Origin: a virus
Length of the DNA stretch: 64,000 bases
Virus record (IMG/VR): IMGVR_UViG_3300044833_000182
Location: 32,109-96,108 of that record
Reading direction: 5' to 3' (one strand)
The notes below the pieces were generated by a model. The model saw only the letters and a list, made by a program, of their open reading frames with translations. It was not told the origin of the DNA and did not search any database. The position numbers were made by a program, and so were the translations under genes. This document shows positions 37,790 through 46,375 of the stretch, piece after piece. Numbering within the stretch: position 1 is the stretch's first letter; the number at the start of each line of letters is the position of its first letter.

Positions 37790-38013
37790 AACCCGACGAA
37801 GTTACTCTCTTGCTCGCCGTCGCCGCCAAGTCCGCGGAGGCGAGCGTGCGCGACGTGGTGCAGGCCAGCGGGATTCACCACAAGCGCTGCTTGTATCTGC
37901 TACAAAAATGGTGCGGTAAGGGCTGGTACAGTTACGGCGTGAGTTTGGATCTGGGCTGGCTTACCGAGAAGGGGAAGGAAGCCGCCGCAAAGGCAAAGGA
38001 GGAATTACGATGA
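37786..38013 (+). CDS. Small winged-helix-like phage protein
   Basis: KRCLYLLQKW..KGWY.YGVSLDLGWLTEKG. Confidence 0.7.
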   Translation: MKPDEVTLLLAVAAKSAEASVRDVVQASGIHHKRCLYLLQKWCGKGWYSYGVSLDLGWLTEKGKEAAAKAKEELR

Positions 38014-38204
38014 CTTGCCCCCAACTTCCGCCCCCTGACGACTCCGACCACGACGACGCGCCCGCCCTCTGCCCGACGTGTGGCGGCGACGGCTGGTGCA
38101 TCGTCGGGCTGGACTACGACGTTGAGGACGGCGTCAACGGGCCATTCGACGGTGAGACGGAGCGGTGTCCCAATTGCGGGGGCACGGGGCGGGCGGCGGA
38201 TTGA
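38010..38204 (+). CDS. Small CxxCxGxG protein
   Basis: CPTCGGDG..CPNCGGTG. Confidence 0.6.
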   Translation: MTCPQLPPPDDSDHDDAPALCPTCGGDGWCIVGLDYDVEDGVNGPFDGETERCPNCGGTGRAAD

Positions 38205-38499
38205 CCGGGACGAACGTTTGTGCGCGGCTGCTGCCGATCAGCCGATACAGGTCGTCGGGATGCCAGCCTTCGGGCGCGTGACCGAGGACGTGGTACAGTT
38301 CCGCCATGCCGTGACACTCCGGGCAAAGGGTAATGCCGTTCTTCGGCACATAACCGCCGCCGGGTACCAGGCTCCGGTCAGTGATGTGGTGCGGATCAAG
38401 CTTCGCGTCCTTTTTGCCGCACACCCGGCAGCGGAAGCCATCGCGCGTAAAGACGGCCTTGCGGAAAGCCGCGCGTCGTCCCTTCTTTGCCTGGCTCAT
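38134..38499 (-). CDS. HNH endonuclease (McrA-like, short)
   Basis: FRKAVFTRDGFRCRVC..HHI..NGITLCPECH. Confidence 0.88.
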   Translation of the reverse strand: MSQAKKGRRAAFRKAVFTRDGFRCRVCGKKDAKLDPHHITDRSLVPGGGYVPKNGITLCPECHGMAELYHVLGHAPEGWHPDDLYRLIGSSRAQTFVPVNPPPAPCPRNWDTAPSHRRMAR

Positions 38500-38741
38500 G
38501 ATGTGCTTCCTTTCTTCGGCCGGCCGCGGGGGCGCTTTGGTGTTGGGTCTATGTCGGTCGGTTTGAGTTTCGGCGACTGAACCTTGACCGTTGGCGGTTG
38601 GGCAAGGTGGCGCTCGATTGCGTGAACGATTTCGTCGCTCTCCGACCGCCCGTTCCTGGCGGCTAGCGCTGCTAGATCATCCAGCAGATGTTCCTTTCCC
38701 GGTTCCAGGCGAAACGCCCCTCGCTTGCGGTCTGACGGCAT
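38496..38741 (-). CDS. Small divergent regulator 3 (Arc/CopG-like RHH) with an AT-hook tail
   Basis: AFRL..LLDDLAALAARNGRSESDEIVHAIERHL; RPRGRPKK. Confidence 0.75.
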   Translation of the reverse strand: MPSDRKRGAFRLEPGKEHLLDDLAALAARNGRSESDEIVHAIERHLAQPPTVKVQSPKLKPTDIDPTPKRPRGRPKKGSTS

Positions 38742-38849
38742 CTTGTTCCCTCCGTGATCGGCCGGACGCATTATCTGGCCCTGTTGCCAGTATAGCAGAT
38801 TAGTGATGTTACGGTGACGAGGAATATTCGGATTATTCGGAATCTTTCC

Positions 38850-38877
38850 TTGACACCGCCCGTCTAACTGGTAAGAT
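38850..38877 (+). promoter_or_regulatory. Sigma70-type promoter P3
   Basis: TTGACA-16-TAAGAT with TGn; shares CCTTGACACC..TG.TAAGATACA with P1. Confidence 0.75.
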
Positions 38878-38924
38878 ACAAGTGTCGCCACGGTGACGAC
38901 ACTAAACACGACTCGGAGCCGGCC

Positions 38925-39125
38925 ATGACGACAAAAGAAGCAATCGCCGCCTTGATTCAGCGCTACGGCATCGACGGCGCTCTGTCGGCGGTTGCCGATC
39001 AGGTCGAGGAATACGCAGAGGAACACGAGGATACGGTTCCGGAGTCGGCCGAGAAGTACGACAAGATCGCCCGGGCCGTCCGGCGCACGGCGAAGGAGGC
39101 CAGAGAGATTTTGGCCAGCAAGTAA
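38925..39125 (+). CDS. Small early protein
   Basis: GGAG RBS; first gene after P3. Confidence 0.65.
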   Translation: MTTKEAIAALIQRYGIDGALSAVADQVEEYAEEHEDTVPESAEKYDKIARAVRRTAKEAREILASK

Positions 39126-39151
39126 CCAGTTCACTCCGGGATAGTGTAACC

Positions 39152-39373
39152 ATGACGAAGCTGATGCGACTCCGGCGAATCGAAGCCGGAGTCTACGAAA
39201 CGCTGGACGGCAAGTTCCGGGTGGACCACTGGAGCAACCCTCCCGGGGGGAACCGCCCTTCCTGGGCAGTGAACGAGCGGGACGGTAAGGCGTGGGACTT
39301 CGTCTGCGAACTACTCACGCTGTCTGACGCCCGCCGATATCTGGCCGGCGAGAACGTATTCATCTTGAGTTGA
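39152..39373 (+). CDS. Small early protein
   Basis: RRIEAGVYETLDGKFRV..W..TLSDAR. Confidence 0.65.
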   Translation: MTKLMRLRRIEAGVYETLDGKFRVDHWSNPPGGNRPSWAVNERDGKAWDFVCELLTLSDARRYLAGENVFILS

Positions 39374-39378
39374 AACAA

Positions 39379-39504
39379 GCCCGGTTCGTTCAACGGAGAA
39401 GGAGGGGCAAGACGGCTGGCGGCTAGCCACCAGCACCCGTCACCCCCGAAAGAGGACACCGGCAACTAAGCCGGAGATGGGCGGTTCGACTCCCCCGCCG
39501 GGCG
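39379..39504 (+). ncRNA. tRNA-like RNA 2 (cloverleaf with a ~56-nt hairpin inserted in the D-loop and a 6-nt anticodon loop)
   Basis: Acceptor GCCCGGT/GCCGGGC; D-stem GTTC/GGAC; CCGGC-AACTAA-GCCGG; T-loop TTCGACT; intergenic. Confidence 0.7.
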
Positions 39505-39561
39505 CTTTGATGACTGGCCCCTCGCCCTTCCCCCTCGCCCTCGCCCCGGAGAACAACGCCG

Positions 39562-39750
39562 ATGAGCAGCTTTGAAGCCTGGAACGAGTTCCGCCGCAAC
39601 GAGACGCGCGGCCTTGAGGAACGCGGTCCGTTCTGCTGGCATTGCGGGCAGAAGTGTAGCGGCGACGTAACCGAGACGGTGAGCATCGACGGGCAGACCG
39701 CCGAGGTTGCCGTCTGCGAGCCGACCGAGAACGGCGAGCCCGGTTGCTGA
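39562..39750 (+). CDS. Small Cys-rich protein
   Basis: Preceded by the CTCGCCCCGGAGAAC linker. Confidence 0.6.
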   Translation: MSSFEAWNEFRRNETRGLEERGPFCWHCGQKCSGDVTETVSIDGQTAEVAVCEPTENGEPGC

Positions 39751-39783
39751 TGCACATCCTTCCCCTCGCCCCGGAGAACGACC

Positions 39784-40113
39784 ATGTCTGAGCCAACCGA
39801 ATCTTACATCTGCCGTGACTTCAGCGGCCGTACCTTCCTCGCCAGCGAGAACCTCGCGGCGGCCCTGGACCGCGAGACCGTCCGCAGCCCGGTCAACATC
39901 GCCGACGCCCGGGAAATCCACGTCGGGCAGGTCTGGCGCAGCCTGGATACGGGCAACCGCTGGCGGGTCGTGTCCCTCACCCTGGGATCGCAGGAAGGCG
40001 ACGGCAAGGTGACGGTGGAGCGGTTGTCGCCGCGGCCGAAGTGGGAGGAGGCGTCCGGGGGCCGGTACACATGGCATCCCGGGGCGTTCGCGGCGATGGT
40101 TCTTGAGTCCTGA
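39784..40113 (+). CDS. Hypothetical protein
   Basis: Linker plus RBS; IHVGQVWRSLD. Confidence 0.65.
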   Translation: MSEPTESYICRDFSGRTFLASENLAAALDRETVRSPVNIADAREIHVGQVWRSLDTGNRWRVVSLTLGSQEGDGKVTVERLSPRPKWEEASGGRYTWHPGAFAAMVLES

Positions 40114-40144
40114 CCCTTTCGCTCTCGCCCATTGGAGGATGACG

Positions 40145-40357
40145 ATGAAGACGTATCGCTGCTGGTATCGGGACGGTTCCGCGCGGACCATCGACCAGGA
40201 ATCTCACGAAGGAGCAGCCAAGGAAGCGCAGGAACTTGCTGGACTGGACAACGGACCTGTCCCGACCGATCCCGTCGAGAAGAAGCGATATCTCGCTGCT
40301 TGCAAGGTGAAGCGAACTGAATGCCTGACCGATGGACTGACTCGAAACTGGAAGTGA
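40145..40357 (+). CDS. Small hypothetical protein
   Basis: GGAGG RBS. Confidence 0.6.
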   Translation: MKTYRCWYRDGSARTIDQESHEGAAKEAQELAGLDNGPVPTDPVEKKRYLAACKVKRTECLTDGLTRNWK

Positions 40358-40384
40358 CCGTCCTTCGCCCCGGAGGATCGAGCA

Positions 40385-40642
40385 ATGGGCAAGCGCCCCA
40401 AATGCTTCATGTGCTCCCGCAAGGCCAAGGCGCTTACTGCTGGGCGAGACGGCTCAACTTATTGCAATGCTCAGAACGTCGTTCTGTTCTGCTCTGTTCG
40501 CTGCGCTGCCAACTACGGACTCCTTTGGGGTTTCCCGGAAGTGGTTGACCACTGGCACTTTTGCGCTCAAACGAACGAATGGGAGTGTGTCGAGGCCGAC
40601 GCTTGCCTGAAGTGCAGGACGGTCGAAACTGAAGGAGATTGA
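40385..40642 (+). CDS. Zn-finger protein
   Basis: CFMC..FCSVRCA; linker plus GGAGG. Confidence 0.65.
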   Translation: MGKRPKCFMCSRKAKALTAGRDGSTYCNAQNVVLFCSVRCAANYGLLWGFPEVVDHWHFCAQTNEWECVEADACLKCRTVETEGD

Positions 40643-40644
40643 CC

Positions 40645-40875
40645 ATGCCCGCGTACAAACTGCCCCTGTCCGTCGATGAACAGCAGCGTATCAGCGATGC
40701 CGCCAATCCGTTCGACGTGCCCGCCCTGCTTGATCTCGTGGCTCGCTCACAGGAGATTATCGGGGCGTGTCGGTGCCAAGCACGAATCGCCCTGAAGGAC
40801 CGAGACGAAACGCGCCATTGCCTACGAAACATCGTCGCCATGTGTGACCAGATCATGCCGGAGAGCCAATCGTGA
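40645..40875 (+). CDS. Hypothetical protein
   Basis: AAGGAG RBS. Confidence 0.55.
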   Translation: MPAYKLPLSVDEQQRISDAANPFDVPALLDLVARSQEIIGACRCQARIALKDRDETRHCLRNIVAMCDQIMPESQS

Positions 40876-41090
40876 ACCTCGCTCGTGTAGCCCTCTATCT
40901 GGAGTACATCGCCTACCGCCTGCGGTGCGAGGCCGGGGAGAAACCGCCGCCGATCCCCGCGCCGGACGCCGTCAACGTCGATCTGCTGGAGGCGTGTCAA
41001 TCGCTGATTGAGTGCGGCGAGGTCGGTTACATCCCGCACCCGGACACGCTGGATCGCGCCCGGGCCGCTGTCGCGAACGCTCGCACCTGA
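40872..41090 (+). CDS. Hypothetical protein
   Basis: DLLEACQSL..ARAAVANA; GTGA overlap. Confidence 0.55.
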   Translation: MNLARVALYLEYIAYRLRCEAGEKPPPIPAPDAVNVDLLEACQSLIECGEVGYIPHPDTLDRARAAVANART

Positions 41091-41140
41091 CCCACCCTCG
41101 CCCGGCGACCGCCCCGCCGCGGCTGACGGAGGAACGACCG

Positions 41141-41401
41141 ATGACCGCCGATCAGCTTCTCGCCTCGACGCCGTCCCTCCTGCGGAAGCTCGACGCGATC
41201 CGCGCCGCGCTTAACGACGAGGCCGGCGAGATCATCGAGCAGTGGCAGACTCTCGCCTCAATGGGGGTGCAGCGGGCCGACCACGCCGCGGCGCTGCTGT
41301 CTCGGCTGCGCCCGCACCTGACGGAGTTGCAGCGGTTCGCCCGGAACTGCGAGGCCCAGATTGACGCTGTGGTGCGCGACCCGTTTGGCCGCGCACCCTG
41401 A
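41141..41401 (+). CDS. Hypothetical protein
   Basis: GGAGGAACGACCGATG leader. Confidence 0.6.
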   Translation: MTADQLLASTPSLLRKLDAIRAALNDEAGEIIEQWQTLASMGVQRADHAAALLSRLRPHLTELQRFARNCEAQIDAVVRDPFGRAP

Positions 41402-41434
41402 CCCCGCACCCTTCGCCCGTGGAGGAACCGACCG

Positions 41435-41683
41435 ATGTTTCGCTGTCTGGAATGCAACGAGGTCGTGAAGACCGAAGAAGGAATGGCCGGCCACAAGTGC
41501 CCGATGGGACCGCAAGCCCGCCTGCCCGTTCTCGAAAACGAAGTGCGGAACATGCTGCGGATGTTCTACCGGGACGACGTGCCGGAACGCCGCGAGTTGG
41601 GTCCGACTGGCTCGATCGTGCTGGTTGCCGTGCTGCGCACCACTGCGGAGCGCTGGCGGAGCCTGCTTGACAGCGAGTCTTGA
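41435..41683 (+). CDS. C2HC Zn-finger protein
   Basis: FRCLEC..GHKC; linker. Confidence 0.6.
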   Translation: MFRCLECNEVVKTEEGMAGHKCPMGPQARLPVLENEVRNMLRMFYRDDVPERRELGPTGSIVLVAVLRTTAERWRSLLDSES

Positions 41684-41713
41684 CCCGCACCCTTCGCCCT
41701 GGAGAAACAACCG

Positions 41714-42046
41714 ATGTCCGAAATCGAAGAACTCCTCTCTGGCGTCCGCCCCCTGCCCGCCTGCCTCTACGAGAAAAACGGGCTGATCCTCGCCCGCGAT
41801 CCGCTCGACGCCGACCGGCAGCCGCCGTTCCGGGTGGTCGCGGATTGCAATACGGCGTCGGCGCGGAGCATCGCCGGGGCGCAGCCGAAGCGGTGGGCGG
41901 AGGAGTTGTGCCGGCGGGCGAACGCCCATGAGAAGCTGCTGGCGGCGCTGAAAAACTTGCTCCTCGTTTCGCTGCCCACCGACGTTTCCGGGCAGCGCTG
42001 GGTTGACGAGGCCCGCGCTGCTGTGGCCAGCGCCGAATCCGCCTGA
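41714..42046 (+). CDS. Hypothetical protein
   Basis: Linker; RRANAHEKLLAALK. Confidence 0.65.
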   Translation: MSEIEELLSGVRPLPACLYEKNGLILARDPLDADRQPPFRVVADCNTASARSIAGAQPKRWAEELCRRANAHEKLLAALKNLLLVSLPTDVSGQRWVDEARAAVASAESA

Positions 42047-42079
42047 CCGGCCACTAATCACCCCGAAGGAATCCCGACC

Positions 42080-42298
42080 ATGCCGCGCCGCAAGCCGCTT
42101 CCGAAGCCTCCGAAAGAGTTGCCCGTTCTCGTCGCTGTCGAACGGGACTACTTCAGCCTGCGGCTGCGGCTGCTGAATCACTCGCCCCCGTTCATCGCCG
42201 CGATGAGCGAGGCGCAGCGGCGGGAGGTGCGCGACCTGTGCCGGAGAATGATTGACGCCCTTGACGCCCTCCATCCCCCGAAGGAGTCCCGACCATGA
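42080..42298 (+). CDS. Hypothetical protein
   Basis: CCGAAGGAATCCCGACCATG leader. Confidence 0.6.
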   Translation: MPRRKPLPKPPKELPVLVAVERDYFSLRLRLLNHSPPFIAAMSEAQRREVRDLCRRMIDALDALHPPKESRP

Positions 42299-42843
42299 AT
42301 CCCCGTTGGACGCCGGGCGACTGGATTCTGGGTGAAGGTGAGATCGATCAGGATGAACGCGGCTACGACGGTTACATTTATGCGCCGCCGGAAGAGGATA
42401 TGCCTGCATCAGAGGCAGGCGGGAATTATCCTGACGACTTGCCTGAAGTCGCCAAGGTGGACCACGAACCCGACGCCCGTCTCATCGTCCACGCAAAGTC
42501 GATGGCGGCGCTGCTGGAAGACTGCCTCGCCCTGCTCTCCAACCGCTTCGGCGCGGCCGACGACCCCGAAGCGGAGGAGCTATGTCATCGCGTTGCCGTG
42601 CTGCTGCACAACGCGGGAGCGGGCGAGCCGGCGAGGATTGCGGGGCAGAAGACGGCGCGGAAGGTGGCGGGAAAGTGCGAGCATCCCGGTTGTACGAACG
42701 CGGCAACGGATACGGTCTACTCGCGGAATCTGCGGCGCGTGCTCTGCTGCTGCGGTGGTCACGCTCAACTCGTCGTGGACGAACGCAACCCGGAGTACGA
42801 TCACGACTGCGAGAATTGCGGTTGTCACCTGCCGATCAACTAA
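42295..42843 (+). CDS. 'TPG.W..DARLI' family protein with a C-terminal Zn finger
   Basis: Paralogous motif to 4667-4936. Confidence 0.65.
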   Translation: MNPRWTPGDWILGEGEIDQDERGYDGYIYAPPEEDMPASEAGGNYPDDLPEVAKVDHEPDARLIVHAKSMAALLEDCLALLSNRFGAADDPEAEELCHRVAVLLHNAGAGEPARIAGQKTARKVAGKCEHPGCTNAATDTVYSRNLRRVLCCCGGHAQLVVDERNPEYDHDCENCGCHLPIN

Positions 42844-42865
42844 CCCCATAAGGAGTTACCCAACA

Positions 42866-43195
42866 ATGGCTGACGGCCGACCCAAGTATTACATTCTCGA
42901 CGACGCCGGCGCCCCTGTCCCCACCGATCTGCTGACGTGGGGACGATGGATGGCTGATCACGACACCGACCGTATTGTGCAGCAAACCGAGATCGAGGGG
43001 CGCTGGTCGCTGAGTTCTATTTTTCTCGGACTGGACCACCAGCACGATCCCAACCGGCCGCCGATCCTCTGGGAAACGATGTTCTTTTCAGAGGGCGGCG
43101 AGGCCGACTACCAGGAGCGGCACACAACCAGGCAGCAGGCGCTGGAACGGCACGCCGCAATTGCCGAGCTGATCCGCAAGGGCCAGATGGCCTGA
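42866..43195 (+). CDS. Conserved phage protein (YYILD..LS(T/S)(V/I)FLGLDH..P.LWETM.F)
   Basis: AAGGAG RBS; motif recalled from many phages. Confidence 0.75.
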   Translation: MADGRPKYYILDDAGAPVPTDLLTWGRWMADHDTDRIVQQTEIEGRWSLSSIFLGLDHQHDPNRPPILWETMFFSEGGEADYQERHTTRQQALERHAAIAELIRKGQMA

Positions 43196-43220
43196 TCCGT
43201 ACACCGAAGGAGTCCCGACC

Positions 43221-44546
43221 ATGACCTCCCCCCTCCATCAGCTCCAATCCCAGGAAGCCGCCCTCGCCGGCGCCGTCCGAACAACCGCCCGGACTGTCCG
43301 CGAGATGGGCGGCGATATCGACGCCAGCCTCGCTGATCTCGCCGACGCCCTCGACGGCAACCGGCGGCATCTCGCGGACGGCATGGCCCGGTTCGCCGGG
43401 ATGCTGCTCTCGGCCGCGCAGGATCACGCGGAGGCTGCCGCTGGCGTGCTGCTGGCGCTGCCGGAACCGCAGCAGGAACAGGCCGCCCCGCTGCTGGGCG
43501 TGGCCGCTGTCAACTCCATCCGCCCCGCTGGCGAACCGCTGCCCCGCACGCCCGCGCAGCAGGCCCGGCTGAACGGGTGGCATGACGTACCGTGCCCCCG
43601 ATGCGGCAGCCTGCACACCGCTGGCGCCACCCGGCAGAACGGCGTTCGCGTCTGGTGTTGTCAGGACTGCGGCGCCGCCGGGCAGGGCGACATCCGCCAA
43701 CCCCCCGTGGAGGCCGCCGTCGCCGCCAGCCGGGCGGCCGTCAAGGAGGCGCAGGCTGCGGCGGTTGCGGTCGATGACGCGCCGGTCGCCGGTCCCTCGA
43801 TGGCCGCGACAATGGCAGGTTGCCCGCCGGTGATGCGGGGGCCGGTTGCGGAGGCGTACGCCGAACCGCACCCGGCGGAGGGTGATCCGTTCGATGAACT
43901 GCGCGAGGCGGTCGGCAACCGCCTTGACGGGATCCAGTACGCCGACAGCACTGCGGGCGACGACGTGATCGGCACTGGCGTTCGCCGTTCCACTGCTGAC
44001 GATCTGATCGACCTTCACCCGTCGCCCGGCGGAACCGAGGACGACGGCAAAGAGGCTGCGGCAACCGCCCGGGAGATCGTTGATCACGTCGCCGATTCCA
44101 TCGCTGCGGATGCCGCGAAGGGTGACGACGTGATTGACCTGAGCGGCGACCGGCCCCTCCGCCCGCTGACGAACGCCGAAGCGGAAGCAGCCTACGACGC
44201 AGCCGAGCCGGTTCACGTCAGCGAGGACCGTATCAAGGAAATCGTGGCCTATGCGACTGACGAGAAGTCCGATGACGGTGGCGAGGATATGATTGACCTG
44301 TCTCCGCCGCCCACCCCCGCCGCACACGCCCCGGAATCGCCCCAGGACGCGACGGCCGGGCAGGCGACCCGCGAGGCGTCCGGGGGCGGCGGGACGCGGC
44401 AGGAAGCGGCGGGGGCGGGGGAAACGGCGTGTCCGGCAGCCGATGCCGACCAACGAGAGCGAGACATGGCCGCTCACACCCGGATCGTCGATGCCGCGCA
44501 GGAGCAGGGGCTTTGCGATAGAACTCTCGTATTTCTATCAGTTTAG
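43221..44546 (+). CDS. Large acidic Ala-rich protein with a Zn ribbon; C-terminus truncated by the IS remnant
   Basis: CPRC..CQDC; repeated DD(V/L/M)IDL; abrupt compositional change near 44505. Confidence 0.65.
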   Translation: MTSPLHQLQSQEAALAGAVRTTARTVREMGGDIDASLADLADALDGNRRHLADGMARFAGMLLSAAQDHAEAAAGVLLALPEPQQEQAAPLLGVAAVNSIRPAGEPLPRTPAQQARLNGWHDVPCPRCGSLHTAGATRQNGVRVWCCQDCGAAGQGDIRQPPVEAAVAASRAAVKEAQAAAVAVDDAPVAGPSMAATMAGCPPVMRGPVAEAYAEPHPAEGDPFDELREAVGNRLDGIQYADSTAGDDVIGTGVRRSTADDLIDLHPSPGGTEDDGKEAAATAREIVDHVADSIAADAAKGDDVIDLSGDRPLRPLTNAEAEAAYDAAEPVHVSEDRIKEIVAYATDEKSDDGGEDMIDLSPPPTPAAHAPESPQDATAGQATREASGGGGTRQEAAGAGETACPAADADQRERDMAAHTRIVDAAQEQGLCDRTLVFLSV

Positions 44547-44548
44547 TT

Positions 44549-44830
44549 TCATTTCATCACGTTTCGTCTCAAAGCGTTGAACGACAGGACGGCCGGGTCT
44601 TCTTCGTCCGCGCCGTCCGGCTCGTCGTCCCAGAAGATCGGCTCGATGCCCAGCTCGATGTGAGACGCATGGACGACGCAGATATTGTGGCACAAAAACT
44701 TGCACAGCACCTCGTTCTTCATCGAAACGTCCGTCCGGCTGCGGACGTGGTCGCGGAACTTCGCCTTGATCATCGAGAACGTGCTTTCGGCGTTGCTGCG
44801 CTGGTGATAGTGCTTCAGGAACTCTTCGGA
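44549..44830 (-). pseudogene. 3' fragment of a DDE transposase (IS4/IS5-like)
   Basis: EEFLKHYHQRSNAESTFSMIK = Y-R-E-K motif; LCHNI; N-terminus absent. Confidence 0.8.
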
Positions 44831-45142
44831 GCGGACGGCAACGAGTTCGACCGCTACAAGCAGGGTTGGAACGCCGGCCGGGAATCACTGATGGAGTTGC
44901 TGCGAAAGGTGGAGTGGTCGGCAAGAGCTGACGGGGAATACGCATGGCAAGTGTGTCCCGTCTGCCTTGAAGGGTGGAAATACAGTATGGAACATGCGCC
45001 CGGTTGCAAGCTGGGCGAGGCTCTGGGGCGGAAGACGACGGAGGAAACCCGATGACGTACGAAGAGAAAAGACTGCGCCGGGCGCGAAGAAGGGGAGGGG
45101 TGAGCTGATGATCCGACGATGTCGTCACTGTGGCGTGCCCTA

Positions 45143-46375
45143 CTGGGCCTGGCACGAAGTCCTGCAACAAATTCAGGTGGCATGCTCGGTGAACCATTTT
45201 CGCATCATCGGAGGGGACCAGAGCCACGCAAAGGGATGGGCGTAGCGTTGGTTGTACTCCGGTCTCGAGACGGTAATATGCTCGATGAACTCGGTCCGGC
45301 TCCTCCAAGAGCCACGCTTGATGTAGTAGTAACTGAACGCTTCGATCAACGATTCTGCTTGGTTCAGCCACGAGGCATGCACCGGCGTGAACCGGGGCCG
45401 CCACCAATCCCCGCACCCCGACCAGTACGCTGCCGTCGCGGCCGCCGTATGGCTGGGATCCCCGTCCTGCACCAGGAACACCCCTTTCAAGCGGCGATGC
45501 CGGCGGCGGAAGGCCCTCAACTCCCTGATGTAGTGCTCCGCGTCCTTGGTGTCCTCAGCCACTACCTCCATCCAGCCGCTGTGGACGACCAAGAAAAACA
45601 ACAGGTTGACCGTGCCGTGCCTGGTGTACTCGAACTCCTGTTGCTCGATGGAGCCGGGGATGGCTCGCCGGATCGGAGTACGCTCCAGCACCTGGTGGTT
45701 GGGCTTCTCATCCACCGCCACCACCCAGATGCCCTGCCGGGCCAACCGCTCCGCATTGGCATAGCACCAAAGGACTTGCTCTGCCCGCTGCTTGAACTGC
45801 TCGTCGAGACGGGATGTTTTCCAGTAACGGGTGCGGTGCGGTTGCAGGTGCGCGTCTTTGAGGATCTGCCGAACCGTGCGTGGGCTGATGGCGGCCACGA
45901 TGCCATCGGCGACCGCCTGGCTCGCCAGATCCTTGCTGGTCCAGTGAGTGATGTGCAGTCCCTCGGCGATGGGCTCCAGGCAGGCGAGTTTGATGATTTG
46001 GGCACGCTGCAGGGGGGGAAATCTCCTGCGGACGGCCCACGCGGGGTTCGTCCAGTAGGAGAGCCTTCCAGCCGCCCTGCTCGTAGCGGCGGCAGATTCG
46101 CCAAACCGTGGTTCGGTCACACTCCAGGCGGTTGGCTACCGCTTGGACCGGTTCCCCGCCGGCAACGGCCAGGACAATACGGGCACGTTCAACCTCAAAG
46201 AAGGGAAGTTGCCGGCTGCGTGCCACGGCCTGTAAGATGGGGGCATCGACGGCAGCGACAGTCAGGGGACGGGGCTTCCGGCCACGCATGGGATCACCTC
46301 CGCTGCGGGAGCAGGGCCTATCCCCCATCGTACCACTTCCCGCGAATTTGTTGCAGGACTTCGTGCCAGGCCCAC
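45143..46375 (-). mobile_element. IS630-family element
   Basis: 31-bp perfect TIR at 45144-45174/46344-46374; TA duplicated at 45141-42 and 46376-77. Confidence 0.95.
45173..46289 (-). CDS. IS630 transposase (two ORFs joined by a frameshift near 46015)
   Basis: HTH ORF MRGRKPRP..GRP; catalytic ORF VAVDEK, YTRHGT, LVQDG, SWLNQAE; TTTCCCCCCC run at the junction. Confidence 0.9.

Noticed and set aside
39464-39469. CTA in the anticodon loop as an amber-suppressor tRNA
   Set aside because: The loop is 6 nt and lacks U33, and TAG is used as a normal stop in several genes, so there is no sign of recoding.
39530-41720. Linker repeats as a CRISPR array or integron attC sites
   Set aside because: Spacers are whole genes of variable length, the repeats are degenerate and non-palindromic, and there are no cas genes or RYYYAAC/GTTRRRY boxes.
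43017-44477. 486-aa minus-strand ORF
   Set aside because: Shadow of 43221-44546.
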